The notes under the pieces were generated by a model. The model did not search any database. It worked only from the letters and a program-made list of their open reading frames with translations, and was not told where the DNA came from. A DNA stretch of 61,663 nucleotides, filler included, from Welwitschia mirabilis (lineage: Eukaryota): NCBI GenBank assembly GCA_051453625.1. It is 7 parts of one record of this genome, joined end to end, with 100 filler letters (N's around TTAATTAATTAA, not from the genome) between each part and the next. Parts side by side here need not be neighbours in the genome. Positions count along the whole stretch, not along the records: positions 20,022 to 40,501 come from JBOZIK010000001.1; positions 40,602 to 46,859 come from JBOZIK010000001.1; positions 46,960 to 52,208 come from JBOZIK010000001.1; 4 more parts are not named here. One strand, written 5' to 3'. Numbering within the stretch: position 1 is the first letter of the stretch; each line of letters starts with the position of its first letter. The position numbers were made by a program, and so were the translations under genes. Positions 39,660 to 52,308 of this stretch are shown piece after piece.

Positions 39660-41229
39660 TAGATGTTAAATATTCCTTGATTTTATAAAAGATCTTTTGA
39701 GAATTTTCATCTCACTTAAATTCATTGTCTTTCTTCAGGAAGTGCATGAATGGTTCACATCAATCCATTAAGATCAAGATGAATCAACATATCTCTTGTA
39801 GACTTCCTTGTAAGCTTCATAATTCTCTTAGATTACTAGGTGATGATATATTAGTAATGGCCTTGATCTTATTTAGGTTAATTTCTATCCCTTGTTTTAA
39901 CACCATAAAACTCAATAGTTCCCATGAAGGTATGCTAAAGATTCATTTTTTGGGATTTAAACGTAAACTATACAACTTGTCTTATTCAAAAAGCTGATTT
40001 AGATTACTCAGATGATCAGTAATCATTCTTAACTTAACCACAATGTTATCTATGCAGTCCTCCATGTTTTGATGTATCATATTATGAAATATGTGTGTCA
40101 TCACATGTTGGTATATGACACCAATATGTTGTTTTNNNNNNNNNNGAGATCACCTTGCTTGCCCCTACCAGTTCAGGCACTCAAAGTATCATTGTAGAAA
40201 AGCAATTCACTACATGAACACAAACTAAGGAAGTCGATAATTGGATTCTGAACAACCCGAGTTCCAGTTCTAAAGGAACAATACGGGTGATTTGCTGTCA
40301 TATGGCAGTCGTTACAAGGGATCGGGTTACTGTAAGTTCACCTGGTTACTATAATTTCACCTGTGAGGCACAGCACCCCCCATGAGAATGTCGTATGTGG
40401 ATAGTGTAAACTCCACCCTGACCCCAGTGGCTTGGGCCTCTTATGTCTGGTACTATAGGAAATGTGTGTGAACCATGCATTACTGAGCTGAACAGTAATC
40501 GNNNNNNNNNNNNNNNNNNNNNNNNNNNNNNNNNNNNNNNNNNNNTTAATTAATTAANNNNNNNNNNNNNNNNNNNNNNNNNNNNNNNNNNNNNNNNNNN
40601 NATCTAATCTTGAAAAGGACATAACTATTGAAAATCCTAAGACAACATGATAAAACTTTTACATCAGATTCACACTCTTCTAATATCCTGCAAAATTTGA
40701 TTGTAGTATCATCTAAAAAATTCTTGAGCTCTCTCATATGAGCTTCAGCTCTTTTCTAAATAATCTCAATCCTTAACGTTTTAATATCTCTTTTACAATT
40801 GTCAAAAATGTGGCTTAGCTTTGACCATCCCTTAGAAGTTTTCTGAATAATACTTTGCAAATGTTCTTCGAAACTATCAATGAAGTCATATAACTTCTGA
40901 GGGAAGGAAGGTCATAATTTCATAGTTCCTTATAACAAAAATGATTTGTCCACAATATGACCTAGAGGAATTGAGCTTCTTTGTATGATTAACACATACA
41001 AACACAATTCTAGTAGCAACTTATTGGATTGTCCTAACGAGAATTCTGATATTACCTTATGATGGAAATAAAGTACTTGGTTAAAAATTACTCTATAAGA
41101 TGTTCGCGATAATGAGTAGGAACAAACTAGGATTAGGTAGAGCTCTCATTTATCCCATGATGATGATGAGATTCATATCACTTTTAATGGAGAATCAACC
41201 TCCTTTAAAGACGCCATTCTGCATGATCA

Positions 41230-41850
41230 CTAGTCACAAGCCATGAAAGAAGAATACAATGCACTTGTATAAAATGGTAAATGAGAGTTTATTGATCTTC
41301 TATTAGGTCACACTGCGTTACGTAACAAATAGATTTTTTGCAGTAAGCATAAAGTAGATAACACCCTTAAAAGCCATAAAGCTTGGCTTATTTCTATAGG
41401 CCTATTACAAAGAAAAGTATTAGACTATAATGAAGTCTTTACATTGACACCTAATTATCCTATCATCAGAACTGTGATCTCCTTAGCCACTTAGAATGGA
41501 TAAAAGATGCACAAGTTAGACATTAAAATTACCTTTCTCAANNNNNNNNNNNNNNNAGAAACATATATGATCCAGCTAAAACGTTTTATAGTAAAAGGTA
41601 AGGAACAAAAAATGTGACTAATTAAGTCACCCTAATTGGCTAAAACAAGCTCTAAGGACATAGTACACTAACTTAACTAGTTACTTGAGTACCATTGGAT
41701 TTAAACTATATGACTATTAAGATGTGGATGCCACATTGTTCATCAAATTTAATAGAAACAAGTCTATATATATAGTGGTTTATGTAGATGAAATGTTGAT
41801 AAATTGTAGTAATGAAATGGATGTGAACCATATAAAGATTTCTTTAAGTG
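41230..41850 (+). mobile_element. Decayed Ty1/copia RT fragment
   Basis: AMKEEYNALV*NG; DYNEVF; MHKLDIKITFL; LKQALRT; VVYVDEML. Confidence 0.8.
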
Positions 41851-42643
41851 AGTGATGGGTGCTTATGTGGTGAAATAATTGCAGAAAATATCATAAAATA
41901 ATATAAAAATACAAAATAATACTAGAAAAATGCATAAACTATGCTGCTGTTAACCTAAAATAAGCTCACACAATTAAATAAAAATAACTAAAGGGTTACT
42001 AAAGAACTGGTTGAAATTCAACTATTTAGTTCAAAATGCATCATCATAATAGTCTCATGATGAAGTAACTTGAACTAGTCAGGTTAGTTTATTACTGGTA
42101 TACATATATTATAGTAGGAGGGAATGAAAAAACTAATGAAACATGATAGAAATTAAATGAGATGCTGGACAATACTTATTTTTAAGTATTTTTAATTATC
42201 GTGATTTATGTTCAGTTACACAAACAAGAGCAAATAGAAATAATATTACTTTTTCAAGTAATAGGACATGCACAAAATGACACTCAAATATACTTTGCAA
42301 ATTTATATTGAAATACTAATTATTCTATAAAGATGCGCTAAGGATTGTGTTTTCCTTCGCAGGTAACACCTTGGAGTATAGAAAATGTTGTTGCACCATT
42401 TGCAGTATAGCTAGAGCTCCCTTTCTTAACCTGCTTGCTTAGTTTATTCCTAGAACTTTATGCCAAAAAAAGGGCCACTTTTAATGGTGATTCCTTTCTT
42501 ATACATCTTTGCTCCTTAGGAATAGGTATATGGTTGAGGTTGTTACTACTTTTCCGCCACCTCAACCTTCTCTCTAATCTTCATGCCACATGGCATCCTG
42601 TACCTAAAATGCATTAATAAAAGTACATACATACTAACCTACT

Positions 42644-45600
42644 TGAAATTCCTAAGGGAGGATAAATAGGAATAGAAATAAAAACTAAATCCAAAAAACC
42701 TATTCTTTAAAGAGAACTAATAAGCTTTACAACTAAAAAATATATCTGTAAAAAATGCAAAACAGAAAAATAATCAGCCCACAAAAATTATAATGGTTCG
42801 GCAATGTGCCTACTCAACTCTTCAAGGAGAGACAATGATGTCGTCTTCCCTGGTTCCCTTAGCATTCTTGAACTAATGATTTTCTAGCTGATCATCAACT
42901 CCTTGTATAACAGTGATGATTTTTCAGGCTTATCATCAACCTTTCACAGTTGGAGTCTTTCAAAGGGTCAGATTCAATCACAAAAAAAAGAGAGAAAATC
43001 AGATTGTACCTCAAGCACGGATGAAACAATGTAGAAGCTAATCATAATGATTACACAAGGTAGGATCTCAAATTACAGAGATTGCCAAAGATCGATTTGA
43101 GTTCACTTCACATAATCGTATATGAGTGTAACCCTAACAAAATAGATTTCATCCCTTTTGAAGAGAAGGAAAAAAAAGCTATTGAAGGGAAATCTAGAAT
43201 GATGATTCTAAGACATGGTAATATGATATTTCAAACATATTTGTGTTCCCAACACGATTGTGAAGAGAATAGTCATTGAAAACTGCTACGTGTTTACTTG
43301 TAGTTGACCCTTTTTCCAATGGTCGAAAGAGAGGACATCCACCTTAAAAGAGGGGGATGTTCTCACTCCTAAGGGGTGAATGTCTGCCCTTAGAGTAATG
43401 GGGACATCCACACTGCTGGAAGTGTGGGAAGGTCCATCCCACTTGCCATAGGTGCAGACTAAGGAAAAAAAACTGAACAAAAGGTGAACATCCGAGCTGT
43501 TTTGATTGGGGACGTTCGCCTTGAGAATTGACAGTCATCTTTCCTGCAAGGAGAGGGGACGTTCGCTTTGTTTGAGTAGGGATATCCAGGCTTAAGACCT
43601 ATTACAGATACATTCTTTCCACAAGAAGAGGGGATGTTCGCCTAGTTTTGAGTGGGGACATCCGCATGCAAAAGTTAACTTCTTAACTCAATTGTGATGA
43701 GAGATTGCCATCTTATTACTTGATTCTTATGATTATTGGCATCATTGAAGTGTTCTATTTATAATCTCCCCCTTTTCAATAAATGATAAATTCAATGTCT
43801 GAAGGACCTTTTCAAAATAACCTCCCCCTAAGAAGTAGACTAGCTCCCCCTAAGTTTGATATCCCTATTGATGAAAACTGAAATGATAAATCTATCGTAT
43901 ATCATATAGCATTACTCATATAGCATGACTCCCCCTTTTGGCATCATTGATTCTACAAAAAAGACAGAAGATACACCACAATACCCGTGAAAAGCATATG
44001 AACAAAATAATAATAAAAAAAATGCATGGAANNNNNNNNNNATATCTGTGAAAAGCATGTGAACCAAAAAAAAAAAAAAATGCAAACAACAGATACTATA
44101 TTGGCCATTAATCAAAAAGATGGTTTACATATTCATCATAGTTTGGTGTACATAAGACCAAGACAGATTAACAAACATACAAACATAATAGAGAACAAAA
44201 AGATACAAGAGAAAATAAGACTAGAAGAAGAAGCAAGAAATAGAGTTTGAAGACATATTTAGCCAGATTCCACCGTGTTACCACTACAATTGCTACTGCA
44301 AGAGGTGGATGCCACCTCCAATCCGAAATCAATGAGAGACTTTTTTATCTTGGACAATTAAGATGAAATCTGTCTAAGCTATTTTTTAGTTGAGGAGGTA
44401 CCCCTTAAAGACNNNNNNNNNNTAAGAGAGGACTCATCAAATGGCTTTGGCAGTTTCAGAGTTTTATCTTTGACTTTCGATAGAGCTATCTGGTCATGAC
44501 ACATCTTAGTAATAAGGCCTCCATATGGCCGTGCTGCTGAACTTATAGATCTCTAGGAAGCTATGTTTTGCAAAATTAGCTAAGGTAAGTTGAGTTAGAT
44601 ACTTTGATCATAACAATACATGACATATGCACACAAAGGAGATACTTCAACCATGTAGCTAAGCTTTGGAATNNNNNNNNNNNNNNNNNNNNNNNNNNNN
44701 NNNNNNNNNNNNNNNNNNNNNNNNNNNNNNNNNNNNNNNNNNNNNNNNNNNNNNNNNNNNNNNNNNNNNNNNTTTAGGAAGCTATGTTTTGCAAAATTAG
44801 CTAAGGTAAGTTGAGTTAGATACTTTGAGCATAACAATACATGACATATGCACACAAAGGAGATACTTCATCCATGTAGCTAAGCTTTGGGATGAGATTG
44901 CTAGAGATAATGCAAAAAATTACCTTGTAGATTGGCCTCAAAATTTGAGTGGGAATGGTAGTTCTCCATCCGTCTTGTCTTTCATACAAAACTTTGTTAA
45001 GTTCATCTNNNNNNNNNNNNNNNNNNNNNNNNNNNNNNNNNNNNNNNNNNNNNNNNNNNNNNNNNNNNNNNNNNNNNNNNNNNNNNNNNNNNNNNNNNNN
45101 NNNNNNNNNNNNNNNNNNNNNNNNNNNNNNNNNNNNNNNNNNNNNNNNNNNNNNNNNNNNNNNNNNNNNNNNNNNNNNNNNNNNNNNNNNNNNNNNNNNN
45201 NNNNNNNNNNNNNNNNNNNNNNNNNNNNNNNNNNNNNNNNNNNNNNNNNNNNNNNNNNNNNNNNNNNNNNNNNNNNNNNNNNNNNNNNNNNNNNNNNNNN
45301 NNNNNNNNNNNNNNNNNNNNNNNNNNNNNNNNNNNNNNNNNNNNNNNNNNNNNNNNNNNNNNNNNNNNNNNNNNNNNNNNNNNNNNNNNNNNNNNNNNNN
45401 NNNNNNNNNNNNNNNNNNNNNNNNNNNNNNNNNNNNNNNNNNNNNNNNNNNNNNNNNNNNNNNNNNNNNNNNNNNNNNNNNNNNNNNNNNNNNNNNNNNN
45501 NNNNNNNNNNNNNNNNNNNNNNNNNNNNNNNNNNNNNNNNNNNNNNNNNNNNNNNNNNNNNNNNNNNNNNNNNNNNNNNNNNNNNNNNNNNNNNNNNNNN

Positions 45601-46859
45601 NNNNNNNNNNNNNNNNNNNNNNNNNNNNNNNNNNNNNNNNNNNNNNNNNNNNNNNNNNNNNNNNNNNNNNNNNNNNNNNNNNNNNNNNNNNNNNNNNNNN
45701 NNNNNNNNNNNNNNNNNNNNNNNNNNNNNNNNNNNNNNNNNNNNNNNNNNNNNNNNTCAAAATCCGAGTGGGAATGGTAGTTCTCCATTCCTCTTGTCTT
45801 TCATACAAAACTTTGTTAAGTCCATCTCTAGAAACTACACTGTCTAAAACTGAAATTGAAGTAATGTGCACATATTCTACATAGTCTAGTGGAAATCTAG
45901 TAGCATTAGAAATTATTTCAGGATCAATCTGAATATCAATACCATACAAATTTGATACAAACTAATTTTGCTCACACTGTTAAAAAGCATTATAGTAAAA
46001 CATGTAAACTAAATTTACCAGAGCATGAGTATGAGGGTTTAGAATGTATGTCCAACCTAACTCTTCCAAACTGGGCAAAAGATTAAAATAATACCTAAAT
46101 ATGTCATGCAGAACAAACCTCTCTCGAATAAAAGGCTTTTTATTAAAGCTTTAAGTCCACATCACTTTTACCCTAGGAGTCACAACAACTGGCTCTCCTT
46201 CCTTATCTTTGCTTCTGTCCTTCCTTGAAACTAGAATCTTTTGCCTTAGCATGATGAAAATGAAGAAGAAGAGAGAAAAAGAAGAAGACCAAGAAAAACA
46301 AACTGAAAGAGGAACACTTACTTCTGGAGGCTGGAGCACTGGAAAATGATAGGATGAGACAAAAGAAAGGGGGGATGATCGATTATATAAGGGTAGATGA
46401 TCGAGGAGGGTTTTGGCAAGTTTGAACACAGATTCACATTACAAGTTCGCAGACGTCCGAGCTTTTAAGGTGGACGTCCACCCTACACAGTCTGCAAACC
46501 CACTCTTAGGTGGGTGGACATCTAGCCTCTTAAGGGTACAGACATTCAGACCCCTAGAGTGCTAGGGAGATCCAACAAGAAGCTAAGAACAATAGGTTTG
46601 AATAAAAACAAAAGTGAGACTATAGAAGATACTAGAAAGGGGAAAAACGATGCTTTTAATGCACCTAAACTTGTAATTAATATATACAAATTTTGGTATT
46701 GATAACAAACAACAAATCATACCTTGGTTGGGCATGTTCCCATGCCCAACTTAACTCTTAAGAGCTTAAATTGCATTTTTAAAAGAGGCTTGGTAAACAT
46801 ATTGGCAAGCTGTTTGTCTATAGATACATGATCAAGATTGATTGTGCCTCTTTAAACAT
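42644..46859 (-). mobile_element. Sirevirus family B, 3' half: 3' LTR 42644-~43762, multi-PPT zone ~43763-43950, env-like ORF, RNase H end
   Basis: LTR homologous to 57842-58710; ATCTCCCCCTTTT and several CTCCCCC tracts; RNase H ...QLANMFTKPL...LRVKLGMGTCPTKV*. Confidence 0.88.
44259..46252 (-). pseudogene. Sirevirus extra 'env-like' ORF, family B (gapped, with stops)
   Basis: MLRQKILVSRK...LGWTYIL...LVYMFYYN...IISSNLIPK...EVSPLCAYVMYC...PYGGLITK...PKPF; homologous to the family C ORFs; lies between pol and the PPT zone. Confidence 0.75.
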
Positions 46860-47449
46860 NNNNNNNNNNNNNNNNNNNNNNNNNNNNNNNNNNNNNNNNN
46901 NNNTTAATTAATTAANNNNNNNNNNNNNNNNNNNNNNNNNNNNNNNNNNNNNNNNNNNNGAAAGTCAGACATCCCAGTACATTTTATCGGTTACAGGGTC
47001 GGACGTCCCAAGGCAAAAAGTCAAATGTCTTAGTACATTTTACTGGTTATAGGGTTGGACATCCCGAGGCAAAAGGTCGAACATCCCAGTACATTTCCAG
47101 ATTTTGCCTGAGTTTGCTTGATTGAATTTGCTTCTAGAGTTTGAGTTAGGACTTTGACTTGGAAATAATTTTGTCATCTCATCATTGAAATAGACATGTT
47201 ACTCAACNNNNNNNNNNNNNNNNNNNNNNNNNNNNNNNNNNNNNNNNNNNNNNNNNNNNNNNNNNNNNNNNNNNNNNNNNNNNNNNNNNNNNNNNNNNNN
47301 NNNNNNNCATGTTACTCAACAATCTCCCCCTTTTCAATGATGACAAAATTTTTACTGATGGAAGAGATGCTCCCCCTTAGTCCAACAATTTGATCACCAT
47401 GAGTTTTCCTGTTCAACCAGCTTAAAAAGAAAAACACACTACAAAACTA

Positions 47450-47454
<5 letters not shown>

Positions 47455-47503
<49 letters not shown>
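47455..47503 (+). repeat. (AC)n microsatellite inside the Sirevirus 3' UTR
   Basis: Direct reading. Confidence 0.95.
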
Positions 47504-47507
<4 letters not shown>

Positions 47508-47762
47508 TAGTCTATAATGGAATATGAGAGGAAAAAAATTAACATTATGATCATACAAATAGTTTGATAATATAATGAGGCACATTATTAGAACAAGAAA
47601 CATGTTCATTAGAGATATGGCAATTTACAGTTAATTTAATCATACAAGATATTTTTCCACTTTGCCATCATTGAGAACACAAAATAAGAAGAGTAGAAGG
47701 TATAGAGACTACAAAAATCATGAGAGAGAGGATGAGGAAAGGTAAGAAGGAGGAAGATGGAG

Positions 47763-48823
47763 CTAATCAGATGATTCATCATGAGGAGAAGGAGAGGCAT
47801 GATCTTTAGGAGCTGCTTCCTCTTCTGACTCTGATGGAATATTCAAGCCAAAAGCTGAGAGACCAAAAACCATGCGATCTATTTTCTTATGCTACCTGTC
47901 CACTGAAGTTGTCGTATCTAAACCGCTCGGAATAACCCTTAATTTGAAATAGGTTCAGCTGCAGTGCCTTCTTCAATGCGCTGCTTTTTCTTAGGAGAAG
48001 GAGATGGACTGATTACATCTGAGAAAATGTTCATTTTCTTAAGTGAAAATGAACCAAGTGGTTTTGGAACTTTGACTAACTCCTCATCTTTGTGGATGAC
48101 AAATTGATGGTTCTCAAGGATAACCATAATCAGACTACCAAAAGGGAGACTAGAGTGGCTTGGAATAAAAAACTGACTGATATAGTACAAAACAAACTTA
48201 CAGAGATTAATTCTAACACTTGTTTCCAGACAAAACATAATATAGGCACATAAAGAAGATAGTTCATCTTTGTGACCAAGTTTTGGAACTAAATTATGTG
48301 TGGAAATTTTAAAAATAACTCGATAAAATGGCTTAAGCTGATTGGTCGGTATGTTGGCACGCCATGAAACTTGCTTCCCATATAATTCTTTTGTTAGAAC
48401 ATCCTTGGAAACTACCTCTTGAAGAGAGGCTACTGAATGAATTTCATGGAAGAATCCATCATTCAGAAAATTGGTAATTAATGAAATGCTTTCCAAATCT
48501 ACTTCTACAGTTCTTCCGTATACTTTAGAAACTAACTTCCAATTGGATTTGTCAAATAAGCCATTATAGTATAATAGACGTACCATCTTAACTGAAGCTT
48601 TGGTGTTTGAATTCAGAGTGTACATCCATCCTTATTCTGCAAATTTTGGTTCTAACCGAAGCTCGTGCCAAAAAGACTGAAAATCTATGCTTCGTTCTGA
48701 AGCTAGGAACCTCTTAAAGAAGCAACCTTGCTAGTTTTTCTAATGTTCTAGAGAAAGAAACCATTCTGCATCTAAAGCTGGTTTCATCCCCTTCCTAGAA
48801 GTAGAGAACTTAGATTTTATCAT
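47763..48823 (-). pseudogene. env-like ORF, family C copy 1 (disrupted; 228-aa open segment 47939-48625)
   Basis: MIKSKFSTSRKG...KMVRLLYYN...LPFGSLI...SPSPKKKQRIEE...SPSPHDESSD*. Confidence 0.8.
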
Positions 48824-49411
48824 GATAAAAATGGAAGAAGGACCGGATAGAGTCAAAGGCATAAGGTGGCAGAGAAAGTAAGGTAAAGGAATGAAGTCAA
48901 AAATGTCAAAAATGAATATGAATATCAAATTAAAAAGGACAAGGGCATCCGTGGCATTGTGTCTGCCCTTCGTCCGGACATCCGGGTTTTAAAACTCAGA
49001 CGTCCAGGTTTTAATAGAAAAAACCCACCGATTAAAAATTCTATGTTAGATGTCCAATAAATAATGTTGAGACGTTCGAGCTTAACTCGGCTATTCATAG
49101 TAGGACATTTGATGTTAACATTTGGAATGTCCAAAAAAGATTTGGTAAACCTAGGTTTAGTTTATAGGAGGACGTCCAGAAAAGGAATCGGACATTCAAA
49201 AAACTGGAGAAGGGTATCACACAGATTTTGTTCCAATGATGACAAATGTAGGAGCAGATTATTGTTTTTGAGTTAAATTATGTTGAGGAGGAAAGGTCCC
49301 TCAACCCAAGTNNNNNNNNNNNNNNNNNNNNNNNNNNNNNNNNNNNNNNNNNNNNNNNNNNNNNNNNNNNNNNNNNNNNNNNNNNNNNNNNNNNNNNNNN
49401 NNNNNNNNNNN

Positions 49412-50092
49412 AGGGAGACTAGAATGGCTTGGAACGAAAAGCTGACTCATATAGTACATAACAAATTTACAGAGATTGATTCTGACACCTGTTCCTAGAC
49501 AAAACATAATATAGGCATATAAAGGAGATACTTCATCTTTATGTCCGAGTTTTAGTACTAAATTGTGTGTGGAAATCTGAAAAATAACACGATAAAATGG
49601 CTTAAGCTGATTATTCGGTATGTTGGCACGCCATGGAACTTGCTTGTCAGATAATTCTTCTGTCAGAACATCCTTGGAAATAGCCTCTTGAAGAGAGGCT
49701 ACTGAGTGAATTTCGCAGAAGAATCCATCATTCGGAAAACTTGTAATCAAGGAAATGCTTTTCAAATCTACTTCTATTGTTCTTTCGTAAACTTTAGAAA
49801 CTAACTTCCAATGTGATTTGTCAAATAAGTCATTGCAGTAGAATAAACGTACCATTTTAACTGAAGCTTTTGTGTCTGGATTTAGGGTGCACATCCATCC
49901 TTGTTCTGCAAATTTTGGTTCTAACCGGAGCCCATGTCGAAAAGACTAAAAATCTATGCTTCGTTCTGGAGTTAGAGACCTTTTGGAGAAGTAACCTTGT
50001 CAGTTTTTCTGATGATCTGAAGGAAGAAACCATTCTGCTTTTGAAGCTGGTTCCTTCCCCTTCCATTAAGTAGAGAACTTTGATTTTACCAT
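49412..50092 (-). pseudogene. env-like ORF, family C copy 2 (3' part lost in gap)
   Basis: Aligns with copy 1 (KMVRLFYCN...PSHSSLP). Confidence 0.8.
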
Positions 50093-52308
50093 GATAAAGA
50101 TGCAAGAAGGACAGGATACAGTCAAAGTCACAAGGTGGCAAAGAAAGGAAGGCAGAGGAATGAAGTCAAAAATGACAAAAGATTAGAAATGACAGATTAA
50201 CAAGGAGGGGTCGTGTTCGCCCTTTGTCCGGACGTCCGGGTTTTAAAGCTCAGACGTCCGGGTTTTAATAGAAAAACCCGCCAAAAAAATTTACATCAGA
50301 CGTCTGATGATTAAAGTTGGGACGTCAGAGCTTGACTCGGGTGTTCACAGTCGGATGTCCGAGCTTATTATTTGGGACGTCCGGAAGAGATTCGGTAAAC
50401 CGAGGTTTAGCTTATAGGAGGACATCCAGAAAAGGAATTGGGACATCCAGAAAACTGGAGAAGGGTACACGGAATTTACGCAAATGATGACAAAATGTAG
50501 GAGCAGATTATTGTTTTGAGTTAAATTATGTTGAGGAAAGGTCCCTCAACACAAGTCGATCACGAAAGAAGGTAAATATATCTTCATTCAAGCTCTTAGT
50601 CATGATGTCAGCAATTTGATGCTCAGTGGGAACGTAGTCAATAGAAACATTATTATTTTGAACATGCTCCCTTGTGAAATGATGTCTGATGTCTATATGT
50701 TTGGGTCTTGAATGTTGAACAGGATTTTTAGTTATGTTGATGACACTGGTGTTGTCACAAAAGATTTTAACGTTGTCAAGCTTTACACCAAAATCGGTCA
50801 TCATTTGCTTCATCTATAGTAACTGGGTGCAACAAGATCCAGCCGCTATATATTTAGCTTCAATTGTGGACAAAGAAGTAGTTGTTTACTTTCTACTAGA
50901 CCACGAAACCAAGCAGTTACCAATATAAAAGCAAGCACCAATTGTGCTTTTTTAATCATCAACACAACCAGCCCAATCGGCATCACTATAACCTGTAAGA
51001 TCTAGACTAGAGTTGTGACCATACCAAAGATCATAGTGCTGCATTTTTTTTAGATATCTCAAAATCCTCTTTACATGAGTGAGATGAGACTCTCTACGAT
51101 CAGCTTGATATCTAGCACAGACTCTAACACTGCAGGCTATATCAGGACGACTAGCGGTGACATATAACAAACTTCCTATGAGCCCGCGATATAGTTTTTG
51201 ATCCACTTTCTTACTAAGCTCATCTTTGCTAACTTTGACATCCGTAGACATAGGTGTTGGGATGTTTTTACAATCAGTCATGTTATTCTTAGCTAGAATG
51301 TCATGAATGTATTTCGATTGACAAATAAAAATTCCATTTTCTCTTTGTCTAATTTGCAAACCTAAGAAAACATTCAATTCTCCTACTAGGCTCATCCCAA
51401 ATTCATTTTGAATTAAATTGGCAAAGTCTAATGCAAGAGATTCTTTTGTAGAACCAAAGATAATATCATATACATAAATTTATGCTATAAGAATATCTTA
51501 GTTATCTCTTTTGAAAAATAAAGTAGGATCTGCATTTCCCTTTGAAAAATGGTTATCTAATAGGAATGAATTTAGCCTATCAAACGAAGCTCTAGAAGCT
51601 TGTTTTAACCCATAAAGAGCTTTATTTAATTTAAAAACATAATCAGGAAATTTAGAATCTATAAACCCTAGAGGTTGAGCAATATACACTTCTTCATTAA
51701 TAAATCCATTTAAAAAGGCACTTTTAACATCCATTTAGAATAGTTTTATTTTATGGAAACAAGCATATGCTAGTAACATATGGATAGCTTCTAATCTAGC
51801 AACTAGAGAAAAGGTCTCGCTATAGTCAATTCCTTCCTATTGACAATATTCTTGTGCTACTAATCTAGCTTTGTTCTGAATGATGTTGTGGCTTTCATCT
51901 CTTTTGTTCTTAAACATCCATTTTGTATCAATAATGTGCTTTTCCTGTGGAGGAGGAACAAAATTCCATACCTTGTTTCTTTCGAATTAATTTAGCTCTT
52001 TTTGCATGGCTAACATCTATAACTCCTCAGTCTCTGTTCCTGAAAAGACTTTGGCTCAATGTTATGCAAAAAACATAAGAAGCCTTGGTTAATGTGCTTA
52101 CCATTTCGAGTAGTTATCCCTTCGGATGGATCACTCACAATGCAGTCTTCAGGATGATCCCTTCTAATTCTTAATGGGAGAGATAAACACTTTTGAATAG
52201 TTAAAGAANNNNNNNNNNNNNNNNNNNNNNNNNNNNNNNNNNNNNNNNNNNNTTAATTAATTAANNNNNNNNNNNNNNNNNNNNNNNNNNNNNNNNNNNN
52301 NNNNNNNN

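Larger units (their letters stand above)
33688..40135 (-). mobile_element. Tat-lineage Ty3/gypsy (Retand/Ogre-like), 5' truncated: 3' LTR ~33688-34197, PPT ~34198-34210, integrase ~35120-36330, extra (archaeal-type) RNase H ~36550-36860, RT/RNase H ~37000-37341 and 39660-40135
   Basis: FLLDHIILRF...IITDNDSQF...SCYPQVN; FNGAS...NNIVEYEALVRG...DDSQLVINQV; MTHIFHNMIHQNMEDCIDNIVVK; PPT GGAGGGGGCAAC. Confidence 0.85.
46960..52208 (-). mobile_element. Sirevirus family C, minus-strand pieces: LTR end to ~47321, PPT, env-like copy 1, pol end, gap, env-like copy 2, RNase H and RT (50526-52050)
   Basis: MDVKSAFLNGFINEEVY; IYVYDIIFG; GYSDADWAG; CDNTSVINITKNPVQHSRPKHIDIRHH; PPT ATCTCCCCCTTTT after GTTACTCAACA. 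Confidence 0.9.
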
